Origin: Woeseiaceae bacterium
GTDB lineage: Bacteria > Pseudomonadota > Gammaproteobacteria > Steroidobacterales > Woeseiaceae
Reading direction: 5' to 3'
Length of the DNA: 64,000 nt
Assembly: GCA_028277185.1 (NCBI GenBank)
Contig: JANQGQ010000026.1
Span: 1-64,000 of the forward strand
The position numbers were made by a program, and so were the translations under genes. The notes beneath the pieces were generated by a model. It had not been told where the DNA came from. It did not search any database and worked only from the letters and a program-made list of their open reading frames with translations. This document shows, piece by piece, positions 28,598 to 39,089 of this stretch (the first letter of the stretch is position 1; every line of letters starts with the position of its first letter).

Positions 28598-28850
28598 CGC
28601 AGGCCGGGCAGCTCGGCGAGGCGCTGGCGGAAGCCAGCGCGTCTGGCCGGAACGGCCATGGGCACGGCGCTGTCGAGCTTCGTTCTGTTGAGCCTGTCGG
28701 CGTTCGTGATCCGGGTGGCGTCGGTCGCTCTGCGGCTGACCGGCCTCGACGTCATCGGCTTGCGCCTGACATCCGGCGAACCGCAGCGTGCGAACAACGA
28801 CTCCGATGTAACGCCTCAGAGCATGCGAACGCTATCGACCCGGCCGCTGT

Positions 28851-29171
28851 TCAGTCAATCATCGGCACCTCGAAGTTGACGTCCAGTACGATCTCGGGAG
28901 CATCGAGATCGAATGCACCGGAGTCAAGCACTCGCTGCCAGTCGCGCGCGCACCCGAGTACCACGGCATTCGGTAACGCGTCAAAATCGTTTACTACGAA
29001 ACCGTCATCCGAAGCGAAGCGCTCCAGAATCGGCTTTTTCGCAATGCGAACCTCGGCTCCGCTGGTGAATCCGCGCTGATTCCAGGTTGCCGGCTTCCAC
29101 AGCAGAACACCGGTAATGCTCTGTTCCGGCCGCGATTCTTTCAACAGCTTGGAAAAACGTTCCGTTATCAA
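28851..29171 (-). CDS. Hypothetical protein (106 aa)
   Basis: ORF only; sits between the GltS operon and the S8 protease. Confidence 0.35.
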   Translation of the reverse strand: MITERFSKLLKESRPEQSITGVLLWKPATWNQRGFTSGAEVRIAKKPILERFASDDGFVVNDFDALPNAVVLGCARDWQRVLDSGAFDLDAPEIVLDVNFEVPMID

Positions 29172-29211
29172 GAATCGGACCTCACAATCCCCGTCGGTTT
29201 ACCGGTTCGTG

Positions 29212-30495
29212 CTAGATCGATGCCAAGTCCAGCCGTCCGGCGCCGATCTTATTGTACCCGGACACCGTGTTTCGTGGGTCTGCCGCGGGTGCCAGATCGA
29301 CCGCTCGTAACAGCCTCACTTGCAAACTTGCCGGTCTGCGACGATCCGACGGGTACTTCTCCACCAGCAGAGCGGCGGCGCCGGCGACGAGCGGACTCGC
29401 CATCGACGTGCCGCTCTTGGGTGCATGGCCGCCGCCAGGAACCGCGCTCCAGACGCTCACGCCGGGTGCCGAGAGGTCGGGCTTCAGTACACCGTGCGTC
29501 GTTTCGATGCCCCAGTCGGAGAAGTCGGCCGAGAGGTCGGCCGGATCTGTCGCGCCGACGCCCAGGACGTTGTCGTAGTTGCCTGGACTACTATGATTGT
29601 TCACTCCCCTGCGGCCCGCGTTTCCGATAGCAGCGATGAGCAGTGCGCCCGGTACCTGACGCACTACTTCGACACTGGAGTGCAAATAGTCCCGGTAACC
29701 GCTGCCGCCAAGGGATGCGTTGATGACCGAGCACTGGCTGATGCCTGTGGTGGCGTGGTTGGCATGAGCGAGCCAATTGAAGCCCGCGAGAATCTGGGCA
29801 ACGTTGCCGGCCATGCCGCCGTTTGTCTTGGTCGTCAGCACTGCCGCGACCGCCAGATCTGCTTCCGGTGCAACGCCATACGTTGCTCCTGCCGCAAGGC
29901 CGGCTACGTGAGTTCCGTGTGTACCTGCATCGCGCGGTGTCGTCGAAACCAGAAAGCCGTTGCTGTCGTACTCCGCGAAGCTGATGCTCTTCCCGGAGAA
30001 ATCTGGGTGCGACGCATCGATTCCGGTATCGAGAATACCTATCCGAACGCCGTTACCCTTAATTCCCTGGCTCCAGGCCGCGGCGACGTTTATTTTCTCC
30101 AGGTGCCAGCGCTCGTCACCTGAGCTGTCCGCCGTTTCGATGGGTTCGACAAGCGGAACCTCGAAGTTCTCGATGACATCGCCGTATTCCCGCAGTCTGT
30201 TTAGCTGCTCATCGGTCGGGTCGTCAATGAGAATGGCGTCGAGCGTCTCGAGTACGCGGGGAGCTCTCTCGTCTCTGCCCGCGGCTATGGATTCGAGCGT
30301 CAGTTCGACAATGTTGCCGCCGCGGTCCACAGCACCGGAATCGGTGAACACGCGCTCTGGCTCGATTCCCGCCGCCTGAAGGGTACGTTGTGCGATATCC
30401 GCGCTCGCCAGCGATAGCTGCTCCGGTGCGGCGGCATACTCGCTGATGCGCGGTCCGAGCCTGTCATGGGGAAATACAATGTAAGTTTCACTCAC
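29212..30495 (-). CDS. Subtilisin-like serine protease (peptidase S8)
   Basis: Asp/His/Ser motifs (GILDTGID, HGTHVAG, GTSMASP). No obvious signal peptide; N-terminal propeptide-like region. Confidence 0.75.
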   Translation of the reverse strand: MSETYIVFPHDRLGPRISEYAAAPEQLSLASADIAQRTLQAAGIEPERVFTDSGAVDRGGNIVELTLESIAAGRDERAPRVLETLDAILIDDPTDEQLNRLREYGDVIENFEVPLVEPIETADSSGDERWHLEKINVAAAWSQGIKGNGVRIGILDTGIDASHPDFSGKSISFAEYDSNGFLVSTTPRDAGTHGTHVAGLAAGATYGVAPEADLAVAAVLTTKTNGGMAGNVAQILAGFNWLAHANHATTGISQCSVINASLGGSGYRDYLHSSVEVVRQVPGALLIAAIGNAGRRGVNNHSSPGNYDNVLGVGATDPADLSADFSDWGIETTHGVLKPDLSAPGVSVWSAVPGGGHAPKSGTSMASPLVAGAAALLVEKYPSDRRRPASLQVRLLRAVDLAPAADPRNTVSGYNKIGAGRLDLASI

Positions 30496-30533
30496 GAACG
30501 ATCCTCCTCTGCAATAGTCTTCCTGCTGTGCAC

Positions 30534-31181
30534 CTACGGGTTGTCGCTATTCGACTCGTCCACGACGTTGTGGCGTCCAGCGAGCGCCTTCGCCGCGAAA
30601 GCCAGCTCGGTCGCGGTATCGTACTGTTGCGTCTTCATAGCCTCGCCGATCATCGTCAGTTGGCTTTCGACGTTTTTCAGATCGCTTTTCAGCTCCAGGA
30701 CTTGCCTGGACTTTATTGCGGCGAGCAACCGGTCCTGTAGTGACTGGAACACCGATGTGCCCGCGGATCCCGCAACGATCGCGACCGCGAGCCAGGCAAG
30801 CGTGCTGTCCGGAGTGATCACCCAAAGTGCGATCAACGCCGCCGTACTGCCGATCACAAGTCGCGAGAAAACGCCAAGATCGTAAACAGACTTGTGCGTA
30901 GCGTGAGGAAAGTCTTTCGCCTCTTCCTCATTCGGCTTGTGTATCCATTCGACCATACCTTTGAGTGCTATTAGCTCGTATACGAATCCACCGATTGCGC
31001 CGAATAGCATCGTAATACCAACCGCCCTCCAGAATGTCGGTTCGCACAGTTGCCCGATAAGGCCTTTGAAGTCGATTGTTTGCGTCTGTTTCGTGACTTC
31101 GTCAGCCTCTAGCGCGCCAAGGGGCAAGATCAGCGCGAGCATTACCGGAACCATCAAGTAGCTGAAACGATGAGTTTCCAT
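30534..31181 (-). CDS. Membrane protein with C-terminal coiled-coil, unknown function
   Basis: 3-4 TM helices followed by a charged helical tail. Start at METHRF (ATG at 31179-31181). Confidence 0.45.
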   Translation of the reverse strand: METHRFSYLMVPVMLALILPLGALEADEVTKQTQTIDFKGLIGQLCEPTFWRAVGITMLFGAIGGFVYELIALKGMVEWIHKPNEEEAKDFPHATHKSVYDLGVFSRLVIGSTAALIALWVITPDSTLAWLAVAIVAGSAGTSVFQSLQDRLLAAIKSRQVLELKSDLKNVESQLTMIGEAMKTQQYDTATELAFAAKALAGRHNVVDESNSDNP

Positions 31182-31276
31182 TTTTAGTCTCCGTCCGATC
31201 TGATGCGAACCCGGTGTCGCTCCATCTGCAAGGGGCAAGATGTCTGCCGAATCGCCGGCTAAAGCCAGATCGTCTT

Positions 31277-32101
31277 TCAGAATGTTGTCGATATGAAAAC
31301 GAGCACGGACGCCTGAGATTCCTCCCGAAATCTGACTTCCGTTTCCATCGCAGGCGGTGGCTGGTTTTCGACGAAACCGTCGCCGAGCACCTTTACGCCC
31401 TGATCAAGCATGAGACCGAAACCAATGTTGAAACTATTTGGTCCTTCCGCCCTTTTTATCCCCAACATGACGCCACCGCCGAACGACGTCAGGGTGTCGT
31501 CGCCGGCAGCACCGAAGTTGACAGCTCCAAACAAGCCGAAACCCGCTTCGCGGTTCCCGATTTCGAAGTCCCTCACGAAGTTGTGTACCTCCAGCACGAT
31601 TCTCGGGTCATTGCTAACGTCCTTCGTAACTCTCACCACGCCGTTTACGATTTCCGCCTCACTGACGCGGTCATCGCCCAGTCCGAATCCGGCACCGACT
31701 CCGATACCCCACTTCCAGCCGAGGAACTCATTGCTGTCACTGAGCTGCTTCGCGACCTTTTGTGACGAAACCAGAGCCCGATCGATCTGGGCAATTCCGA
31801 CTTCGGCTTCAGCCGCACGGCGGGCGGCTGCCACCTGCTTCTCCGATCCCGCAACACCCATCGTCGCTCTGACAAGCGTTCGGTCGCGTAGGGTTTGAAG
31901 GCAATCCTGATAGACTCTGTTTCGCGCTTCTTCGCTTAGGCCAACGGCGTCGCTCGCCTGTTTCTGGCAGTTCTCGATAGTCTGTGCGTCACCCTCGGCG
32001 GCGTGTGAAACCAAGCTCATGCCGAGAACCACAAAGGCAGCCGTAATCGACGAGGCCCGTCTACTGCCTTTACTCCAGCCATCACTGAATCGAAACATCA
32101 A
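31277..32101 (-). CDS. Secreted hypothetical protein (Gly/Phe-rich, possibly a beta-barrel)
   Basis: Signal peptide and alternating GFG-rich segments; no recognisable domain. Confidence 0.45.
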   Translation of the reverse strand: MMFRFSDGWSKGSRRASSITAAFVVLGMSLVSHAAEGDAQTIENCQKQASDAVGLSEEARNRVYQDCLQTLRDRTLVRATMGVAGSEKQVAAARRAAEAEVGIAQIDRALVSSQKVAKQLSDSNEFLGWKWGIGVGAGFGLGDDRVSEAEIVNGVVRVTKDVSNDPRIVLEVHNFVRDFEIGNREAGFGLFGAVNFGAAGDDTLTSFGGGVMLGIKRAEGPNSFNIGFGLMLDQGVKVLGDGFVENQPPPAMETEVRFREESQASVLVFISTTF

Positions 32102-32430
32102 GATTCACCTCCCCGAGTTAGTTGTCCGTAGGCATACGCTGCGCCTGCTCTCATCGTGTCGGACTCGAAACAAAGCGGCGTCATAGTGGTTCAGTGTTCG
32201 CAGCGATCCGTTAGTCGCACCAGTCCGTGTCTGATCTGTCACCTTTGCTGGCTCTGCTCACTGACCGGCGGTCGCCTTTGTAGAGAAACTCTCATGGGAA
32301 ATCAGTCTGTTGAAAGGCTTCGTCAAGGTGCCTTCACACGCTATAATGGTGTTTCAAAAAACGACAAGAACAACGCTGAGCTGCGATTCACTAGCTGCTC
32401 GCTGCATCCAACATCTGGACCATCTTCGCT

Positions 32431-33093
32431 GTGCGGGATAAGGACAACGACGCGGCCGAAGCCGGTGACGATCACGGTGAGGGCGTGAACAAACCGCGTG
32501 AACCGGGAACTACGCCGGAAGCTTCCAGAGCGTCGGCACTCGCGATGCGCATTGCCCGGGGAGACGATGTCGCGGAAAGCGAGATGGTCAGGCTCTATGA
32601 GCCTGGTATGCGTCGTATCCTCCGAACCAGGACGGACCGCCCGTCCGACATAGACGACCTCGTCAATCAGGTCTGGCTGCTCGCGTTACCCAAGCTGCGA
32701 AACGGCGAGCTACGCGATCCACGGGCCTTGCCAGCGTACCTGAATACGTTTACCCGACGGGTCGCGAGGAACTATCTTCGCCTTTCAGCTCGGAAGACCG
32801 GAACCTCGGATACGGATTTTGTCGAGCAACAGGCGTCGCCGAGCGAAGGCCCATATGTCCGCCTCAAGTGGACGCAAGCCGTGGAAATTGCGTCTACACT
32901 GTTGGACAAGCTATCTGTAGAACGGGATCGCGAGATACTGAAGCGATTCTTCGTCCATGGCGAGGAGAGAGAGCGTATTTGTCGGGAGTTCGGCCTCGAC
33001 GCCGTGCAGTTCAACAAAGTCCTGCACCGTGCGCGCAAACGTTTCAAGGACCTGGCGCACTCGAGTATCAGCGACCTGATCGGCGCTGAGTAG
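32431..33093 (+). CDS. ECF (sigma-70 family) RNA polymerase sigma factor
   Basis: Region 2 (…DLVNQVWLLALPKL…) and region 4 (…ILKRFFVHGEERERICREFGLDAVQFNKVLHRARKRF). A shorter 182-aa form starts at 32545. Confidence 0.7.
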   Translation: MRDKDNDAAEAGDDHGEGVNKPREPGTTPEASRASALAMRIARGDDVAESEMVRLYEPGMRRILRTRTDRPSDIDDLVNQVWLLALPKLRNGELRDPRALPAYLNTFTRRVARNYLRLSARKTGTSDTDFVEQQASPSEGPYVRLKWTQAVEIASTLLDKLSVERDREILKRFFVHGEERERICREFGLDAVQFNKVLHRARKRFKDLAHSSISDLIGAE

Positions 33094-33099
33094 AAGACA

Positions 33100-33825
33100 A
33101 TGGATCGAGATTACGTCGAAAGATACAACGTCATCGAGCGTTACGTCCTCGGAAAGCTCAGCGAAGAGGAGGCAGCGGCGTTCGAGGATCTGTTCGTCTT
33201 CGACGAAGAATTGCGAGGCGAGATCGACGTCGTGGAGAAGCTTATTCACGGTGTTCGGGAGAACGTTGAGCCCAAGGCATCCAAAGAGCACGATTCGGAT
33301 GTGCCGGCTCGGGTCAAGGAGCCGAATCTCGACGACGTTCGCTCAAAGGTGCCGGAGTACGTCGATGCCGGCAGGCGCCGCCGATACGCGCTGCCGTTTT
33401 CTCTGGCGGCCAACTTCGTTCTGGCTGTTGCGATGGTATCGCTGCTAGTCGATGGTGGCGGACCGTCAGATGAGCCCGGACAACTTCCGAGTCATATCAA
33501 TCCGCCTGCCGTTCACCTGGAAGTGGCGCGAGATGGTGACGGAGCGGTACCTCGACTGGAGACCGGTGACGGCTGGGTTACGCTGCTCGTTGACGCTTCG
33601 CTGACGGATGTCGGTTCGGTTCAGTTGCGGCTCGTCGACGGCGACGGGCAGGTCGTTGCGGAGACGGGGACGTTCGAGAACGATCCGGGCAGGCCCTGGG
33701 TCGAGTGGCTCGTCGAACGCGACCGTCTGCAGCGCGGCCGTTATCGTGTCGAGTTCAGTGCGGCGGAAGCCGCGACCGACAGTCCGATAGCATTCGAATT
33801 GGATGTCGTTCCTCCGGGGGAGTAA
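33100..33825 (+). CDS. Anti-sigma factor (ChrR/RskA-like N-terminal domain, single TM)
   Basis: N-terminus ERYVLGKLSEEEAAAFEDLF typical of anti-sigma domains; a central TM segment; 6 nt downstream of the sigma gene. Confidence 0.55.
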   Translation: MDRDYVERYNVIERYVLGKLSEEEAAAFEDLFVFDEELRGEIDVVEKLIHGVRENVEPKASKEHDSDVPARVKEPNLDDVRSKVPEYVDAGRRRRYALPFSLAANFVLAVAMVSLLVDGGGPSDEPGQLPSHINPPAVHLEVARDGDGAVPRLETGDGWVTLLVDASLTDVGSVQLRLVDGDGQVVAETGTFENDPGRPWVEWLVERDRLQRGRYRVEFSAAEAATDSPIAFELDVVPPGE

Positions 33826-36800
33826 CGATAGCGCGCGAAGACGCGCCGGCTCCGTGTCCGGCCGTTCGGCCTGCATCACGGCGCTGCTGCTTTTCGCAAA
33901 TGAGCCTGCAACGTCTTCGGAGCTGCGGCTCGAGATTGCTGAACCGCTGCGCGTCGAACTCGAGGGCGATGAGCAACACGTGTACGTCCTTCCGACGAGC
34001 GGAGCGCAAGGCGTATATGTGTTGATTCGTCAGCTCGGCGTGGACGTCGTTGTGACGGCCGACACGGCCGACGGCGAATCCTCGAAATGGGACGCGCCGG
34101 GTGCCGAGTTCGGCGTGGAAACTATCGAAGCAGGCAATGGCACGCGGGTTCTGGTCGCCGCCAAGAACCCAGGGGCGTCTGGAGGCAGTTACGAGATTCT
34201 CGTGCTGGATCCGGCCGGGCTGACGCCCGATCGGCGCCGTGCGTTGTCGCTGTCTGCCGGCGCAGGCGTCGAGTACGGAAGGGGTACGCAGGAGGGATAC
34301 AGCGAGGCCGGAGTCCGATACTCCAGGGCAGCCGCAGCCTGGTCAGCGATAGACGGCTGGCGCACGGCGTACTCTCACTATCAGGCGGCGACAGCGCATC
34401 GGCACTGGGACGAACAGAGTTCTGCACTGGAACACTACGAAATGGCGCTGGCGATACTGGAGGACACCGAGGAATGGTTTTTGCGCGGTCGCGTGCACAA
34501 CGGCATCGGCCTGATTCTTCTCGATCAGGGTCATCGAATCGCTGAAGCCAGAACCCACTTCGAAGCAGCGCTGGAGGCGGCGGAGGCAGTGAAGGATCAC
34601 ACTATCGTCGGAGCAGCGCTCAACAACATATGCCTCGTCGCCCGCCATCATCTGGGCGAGCTCCGGGAGGCCGCCGATTGTTATACGCGGGCTATCGCCT
34701 ACTTCGAGGCGAATGAGCGCGCGGACCAAAAGGCCTTTGCCACTTACAACCTTGCCGTCGTGCTCCGCGACCTCGGAGAGCCGGACGCTGCCCGGAAGCG
34801 TTTTGTCCAGGCGCTGCAACTCGTCCGCCAGCAGGACAACGCCTACGGAATCGCCAAGGTGTTGATCAATTGGGCCGAACTCGAACTGCAGACCGGTAAC
34901 TATCAGAGAGCCCTGAATCAGTCTCTCGAGGCTCAGGGCTTGTTCGACCGCGTGGGAAGAAAGAACGACACGGCCCGGGCTCATCGACTGCTCGGCCGCC
35001 TGTACGCCGAAACCGGAGCACCGGAACGCGCACGCACTCATTTGATACCGGCCCTGACGATCTTCGAAGAAGGAAAGCTCTACCGGGACGAGGCGGTGAC
35101 ACTGTTTCTGCTGAGCCGTCTGGCTTCGGACGGCGCCGAGGCGACCGCCAACCTACAGCGAGCGTTGAGTCGTGCCGATGACGATCCGATTCTCCAATCG
35201 CGCATCCGCCTCGAGCTTGCCGAGACGCTTCTTCTGACGGGCGATCTGGATGGCGCTGAAGAGCACATCGAAGCGGCCATGCAACTCGCCGATGACCGAG
35301 GCGCCGAGCTGCTCCGGGCGCAGGCCAGGCTGGCGTCTGCTCGTTTGCTTGCCGGTCGCGAAAGATGGCGGGAAGCGGCCGCGCAGGCAGTGCTTGCCAA
35401 GAAGAGTTTTTCCGGTATTCGGTACCGACTGGGAGAGATCGAGACGATCCTGCTGCAGGCGCGCTTGGCGGAGCATTTGACGACAGGACCGAGGAAGCGG
35501 GAGTTGCTCGTCGCGGCGATGCGCGTTATCGACGACTTGTGGTTGACGCTCGACGTGCCGACTCTTCGTGCATCGCTGCTCGCCGCGCACCGCGAGGCTG
35601 TCGAGCAGCTCGTGAACCTCGAACTGAATGCGAGCGGCTCAGAGAGCGCACCGCTCGCCGCACTGATATGGGTCGAGCGCAATCGTGCCAGGTCGTTTCG
35701 CAATACGGTGTTTGCTGCAGGCGGCCCGGACGATCGCAGGCTGGACGCGCTGGAAGGGAAGGTCACCGAAATGCGCTTCCTGCTGCAGCAGCTGTTGTCG
35801 GACGACTCGCCCGTCGACGAGTTCACGCGCACCCGACGCCTTGCCAGGATCGACACGCTGCAGGCACAGCTTGAGGGCGAAGTTGCGAGTATCCGCGATC
35901 AGATCGGCGACGTCTCGCCCTTCGAATTGAGGGCGCTCCAGAAGCGTCTGGCCGCCGATGAGGCTATCGTAGAGTTCTTTATCGGTATTGAAGACGTGGT
36001 CATTTGGTACATCGACAGGGATGTGGCAATGACGGCGAGGATCGACGACGCGGCAGCTCTTGAGGCGCTCGCGGTCGATGTCCACAACAGAGTCCGCGCC
36101 GAGCCGCAGACTTCCCGCGCCACTCACGACATGCTCGTGCGATTGCGCGATCAAACGCTTGGGCCCTTTTCTGCGCGCCTCGTCAACAAGCGTCGCTTGC
36201 TCGTCATCCCCGATGGCGGACTCTGGCTCGTGCCGTTCACCGCCCTTCCGGGATTCACCGATCCGCGACGGCCTTTGGTTCGCGATGCCGCGATTGCGTA
36301 CAGTCACAGCCTGGCAGCGGTGGGTCGTGCGAGCCCCGACCGCCGTCGCACCGATCCCGCGGGAGTCTCCGTGCTGGCTGTCAGCAACCCCGTCTACTCC
36401 GGCGACGCGTCTGCCAGCCGCAGCCTGCTGCGGCTACAGCCGCTGCCACGCAGTCGACATGAGGCAATCAGGGTTCTTGATGTATTTCCTAACGCGGAAA
36501 AACTTCACCTGACGTCGTACGAATCGTCGAAAGCCCGATTGCTGCAAACTCGCGGCGAGTTTACCTACGCTCTGCTTGCGGTTCACGGCGTGCTGAATTC
36601 CGGCTTCCCCGCGCTCTCGGGTCTGGTGCTGTCCGAATTGCAAGAAGATGGCAGTCTGGTAAACGGCTTTCTGAGCACAACGGAAGTGCGATATCTACCT
36701 TGGAGCGCCGAACTGACTTTCCTGAGCGGCTGCGATACTGCGGTTGGGCCACGCATCTACGGCGAGGGCCTGATCAGCCTTGCGAGGGAGTTCCTGACAA

Positions 36801-37030
36801 ACGGTTCCGCTGACGTCGTGGCAACGCGGTGGCAGGTCAACGACGCTGCGGCTGCCGAACTGGCGGACGCGTTCTTCAGCGCGTTGAGGCAGAACCCGGC
36901 GCAGCCCGATCTGGCTTTGCAGAAGGCCCAATTAGCTATCCTCGACGCGAGGCGCTGGCACCGCTGGCATTCGCCACGCTACTGGAGTTCGCATCTGCTC
37001 CTGACCCATGACTGGCTGACGCGCAACTGA
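33803..37030 (+). CDS. Large TPR-repeat protein with C-terminal CHAT (caspase-like) protease domain
   Basis: C-terminal CHAT His/Cys dyad context (…YALLAVHGVLNSGFPALSGLVLSE… and …LTFLSGCDTAVGP…); multiple TPR-like repeats N-terminally. Overlaps the anti-sigma gene end by 23 nt. Confidence 0.75.
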   Translation: MSFLRGSNDSARRRAGSVSGRSACITALLLFANEPATSSELRLEIAEPLRVELEGDEQHVYVLPTSGAQGVYVLIRQLGVDVVVTADTADGESSKWDAPGAEFGVETIEAGNGTRVLVAAKNPGASGGSYEILVLDPAGLTPDRRRALSLSAGAGVEYGRGTQEGYSEAGVRYSRAAAAWSAIDGWRTAYSHYQAATAHRHWDEQSSALEHYEMALAILEDTEEWFLRGRVHNGIGLILLDQGHRIAEARTHFEAALEAAEAVKDHTIVGAALNNICLVARHHLGELREAADCYTRAIAYFEANERADQKAFATYNLAVVLRDLGEPDAARKRFVQALQLVRQQDNAYGIAKVLINWAELELQTGNYQRALNQSLEAQGLFDRVGRKNDTARAHRLLGRLYAETGAPERARTHLIPALTIFEEGKLYRDEAVTLFLLSRLASDGAEATANLQRALSRADDDPILQSRIRLELAETLLLTGDLDGAEEHIEAAMQLADDRGAELLRAQARLASARLLAGRERWREAAAQAVLAKKSFSGIRYRLGEIETILLQARLAEHLTTGPRKRELLVAAMRVIDDLWLTLDVPTLRASLLAAHREAVEQLVNLELNASGSESAPLAALIWVERNRARSFRNTVFAAGGPDDRRLDALEGKVTEMRFLLQQLLSDDSPVDEFTRTRRLARIDTLQAQLEGEVASIRDQIGDVSPFELRALQKRLAADEAIVEFFIGIEDVVIWYIDRDVAMTARIDDAAALEALAVDVHNRVRAEPQTSRATHDMLVRLRDQTLGPFSARLVNKRRLLVIPDGGLWLVPFTALPGFTDPRRPLVRDAAIAYSHSLAAVGRASPDRRRTDPAGVSVLAVSNPVYSGDASASRSLLRLQPLPRSRHEAIRVLDVFPNAEKLHLTSYESSKARLLQTRGEFTYALLAVHGVLNSGFPALSGLVLSELQEDGSLVNGFLSTTEVRYLPWSAELTFLSGCDTAVGPRIYGEGLISLAREFLTNGSADVVATRWQVNDAAAAELADAFFSALRQNPAQPDLALQKAQLAILDARRWHRWHSPRYWSSHLLLTHDWLTRN

Positions 37031-37113
37031 CGTAAGAGGTCGTTGGTGCGACTCCTGACTGTTCGGGAACACCAAGAATCGTGACATTCCAATACGAATA
37101 AGGATGATGAACG

Positions 37114-37476
37114 ATGGATAAGTTTCCAGACAGTGATTTCGAACTAGTCGTTTTGTGGAGCGATGCTTCCGATAGTTCCGTCCAGCTCAGAGTCGGCGCC
37201 GTTGTCGAGTTCGGGTTTGTCGGTGGAGACGACTATGACGTGACGTTTCCAGAAGCGTTGTACTCAGCGCTGTTTGAGGACGCGAGCGGCTCTCGCACCC
37301 TGAGATTCAGGCGCACTGATCCCAGAAAGATGGTCTATGAAGGCAATGTCCGGCTTGGAGCGTTCTATTGCTCGGTATCCTTGATCGGTGCCTTCGCTAA
37401 CTCGTTTGCTGCTAGTCACTACTCCCTGTCGGGGGGCGGCGACAATCAAAGTGGAGGTTGGGGCGGTGGTTGGTAA
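37114..37476 (+). CDS. Hypothetical small protein (120 aa, Gly/Trp-rich C-terminus), low-GC gene
   Basis: ORF only; GC is clearly lower than the neighbours. Confidence 0.35.
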   Translation: MDKFPDSDFELVVLWSDASDSSVQLRVGAVVEFGFVGGDDYDVTFPEALYSALFEDASGSRTLRFRRTDPRKMVYEGNVRLGAFYCSVSLIGAFANSFAASHYSLSGGGDNQSGGWGGGW

Positions 37477-38854
37477 GCCAAAGATCAGGATTCTGGCTAT
37501 CGCCGATAGCGTATTGAACTTCGAGCCGAACAAGGAAGACAGCCTCGATTTGGCATTAAGCACTGTAACGCAGTCTGCTCGCTACGAATTCGACATTGTC
37601 CGGCATCACATGAGTACGCCGACGTTGCCTAATCTGGATGATTTCCAGCAAGTATGGCTGTTCGGTCGAGACGATAGTGACCAGTCGAATCCCGACGTTA
37701 CGTACGCTATCACCCGATTCATGATGAGCGGCGGCGGTGTTTTCGCTACTGGCGATCATAAGAAGTTGGGTCGAAAACTGTGCGGTGATCTGCCGCGCCT
37801 GAGATACATGCGAAGCTGGGAAGAGGGCAAGATACCCAAGAGACTTGGTTTTCCCAAGCTGGGCGCATACCCGACACCGGCTGGCGAGCGCTACAACTTT
37901 CGCCTGGACTCAAGCGCTCCCAAAACGTTTTTCACCCCGCGAGGGACACCGGACGACAGGTTCCTCGAGTACGATTGTGTGCCGAAGTCGATCGAGGCGC
38001 GGCTGCTATGGGGCTCGGCTTCGCCGTCTCCGCACCCAGTTGTTCGCATGTCCGACGATACTCCGTTGCGAGTGTTGCCCGATCATGCTCACGAAGGGGC
38101 GTGCTTCGACCTGGGCAGCACAGATAAGCCGATACCTGGATTCAGCGATGCCAAGCCAGAGGTCATAGCAGACGCGTACACGTATTCAGGAATGTCCATT
38201 CGCACCGATTACGTTCAAGTCTCCCAACAGTACGGCGTTATCTCAGTTTACGATCCGCCCAAACGCAATGGCTGGGGGCGAATCGTCACCGACTCTACAT
38301 TTCATCACTGGGTGAATAAGAACGTTCAGCCCTTCAAGGATGCTGCAGAAGTAGATGAGCTTGGTGCGCAGGTTTGGCGTAGCATCAAGCAGTATTACCT
38401 GAACGTCGCCGATTGGCTGGTACCGAGATATATACGTGCTCATTTGCTCAAACGCTATGTCGAGTACGTCATAGCGCATACCGATGTGAGGAACTCCATA
38501 GCCGGTCTGGATCTCGCGAAAGAGGATCAACGGATTCTGGTAGCCAGAGAAGTACTCGGAGAGCTGGACAGGCGGTATCGACGCTCGATCGTAGCCGAGC
38601 TTGTCGAGGATGTCATAGCCGACTCCGTCGAGGAGGCGGAAGCCTACAAGGCGTTTGGTGAGGAACTCGCGAAGTTGAGGTATGACCATCCAGTAGTGGC
38701 GGACGCCGTTTACGAGGCACTGATTGTCGAGGTGATTTCGAGCATGCTGACCGACATCGACGGTATGTCGGAACTCGGATCGCCCGTACGGCGGGCCCTG
38801 AGTGGCGTTCAGCACGCTGTGAATTCGCTCGGCAGGGCCTGGGCCGGGCGCTGA
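37466..38854 (+). CDS. Hypothetical protein (about 460 aa), low-GC gene, no recognisable domain
   Basis: GTG at 37466 with GGAGG 8 nt upstream; overlaps the previous stop by 11 nt. The ORF-track start at 37388 is also possible. Confidence 0.45.
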   Translation: MVGKPKIRILAIADSVLNFEPNKEDSLDLALSTVTQSARYEFDIVRHHMSTPTLPNLDDFQQVWLFGRDDSDQSNPDVTYAITRFMMSGGGVFATGDHKKLGRKLCGDLPRLRYMRSWEEGKIPKRLGFPKLGAYPTPAGERYNFRLDSSAPKTFFTPRGTPDDRFLEYDCVPKSIEARLLWGSASPSPHPVVRMSDDTPLRVLPDHAHEGACFDLGSTDKPIPGFSDAKPEVIADAYTYSGMSIRTDYVQVSQQYGVISVYDPPKRNGWGRIVTDSTFHHWVNKNVQPFKDAAEVDELGAQVWRSIKQYYLNVADWLVPRYIRAHLLKRYVEYVIAHTDVRNSIAGLDLAKEDQRILVAREVLGELDRRYRRSIVAELVEDVIADSVEEAEAYKAFGEELAKLRYDHPVVADAVYEALIVEVISSMLTDIDGMSELGSPVRRALSGVQHAVNSLGRAWAGR

Positions 38855-39089
38855 AGCCCGTCACGGCTGGCGGTCGGACGCTGAGCGGAATCCGCTCAGC
38901 GTAATCGTCGGTAGAGGTACGAATCTGCAATCGCGGCCGGCGGACCATCCGGTCTGCCGGCCATCTCGTCTGCGATAGCGACTGGTGCACGATTGCACGC
39001 AGCACAAGCAAAAAGCGCTACGCGATTGACACCGTCGGCTACTTGGAGCAGACGGGTGGAGACGAGCCGCACTGGCGAAGCAAGCTGCC

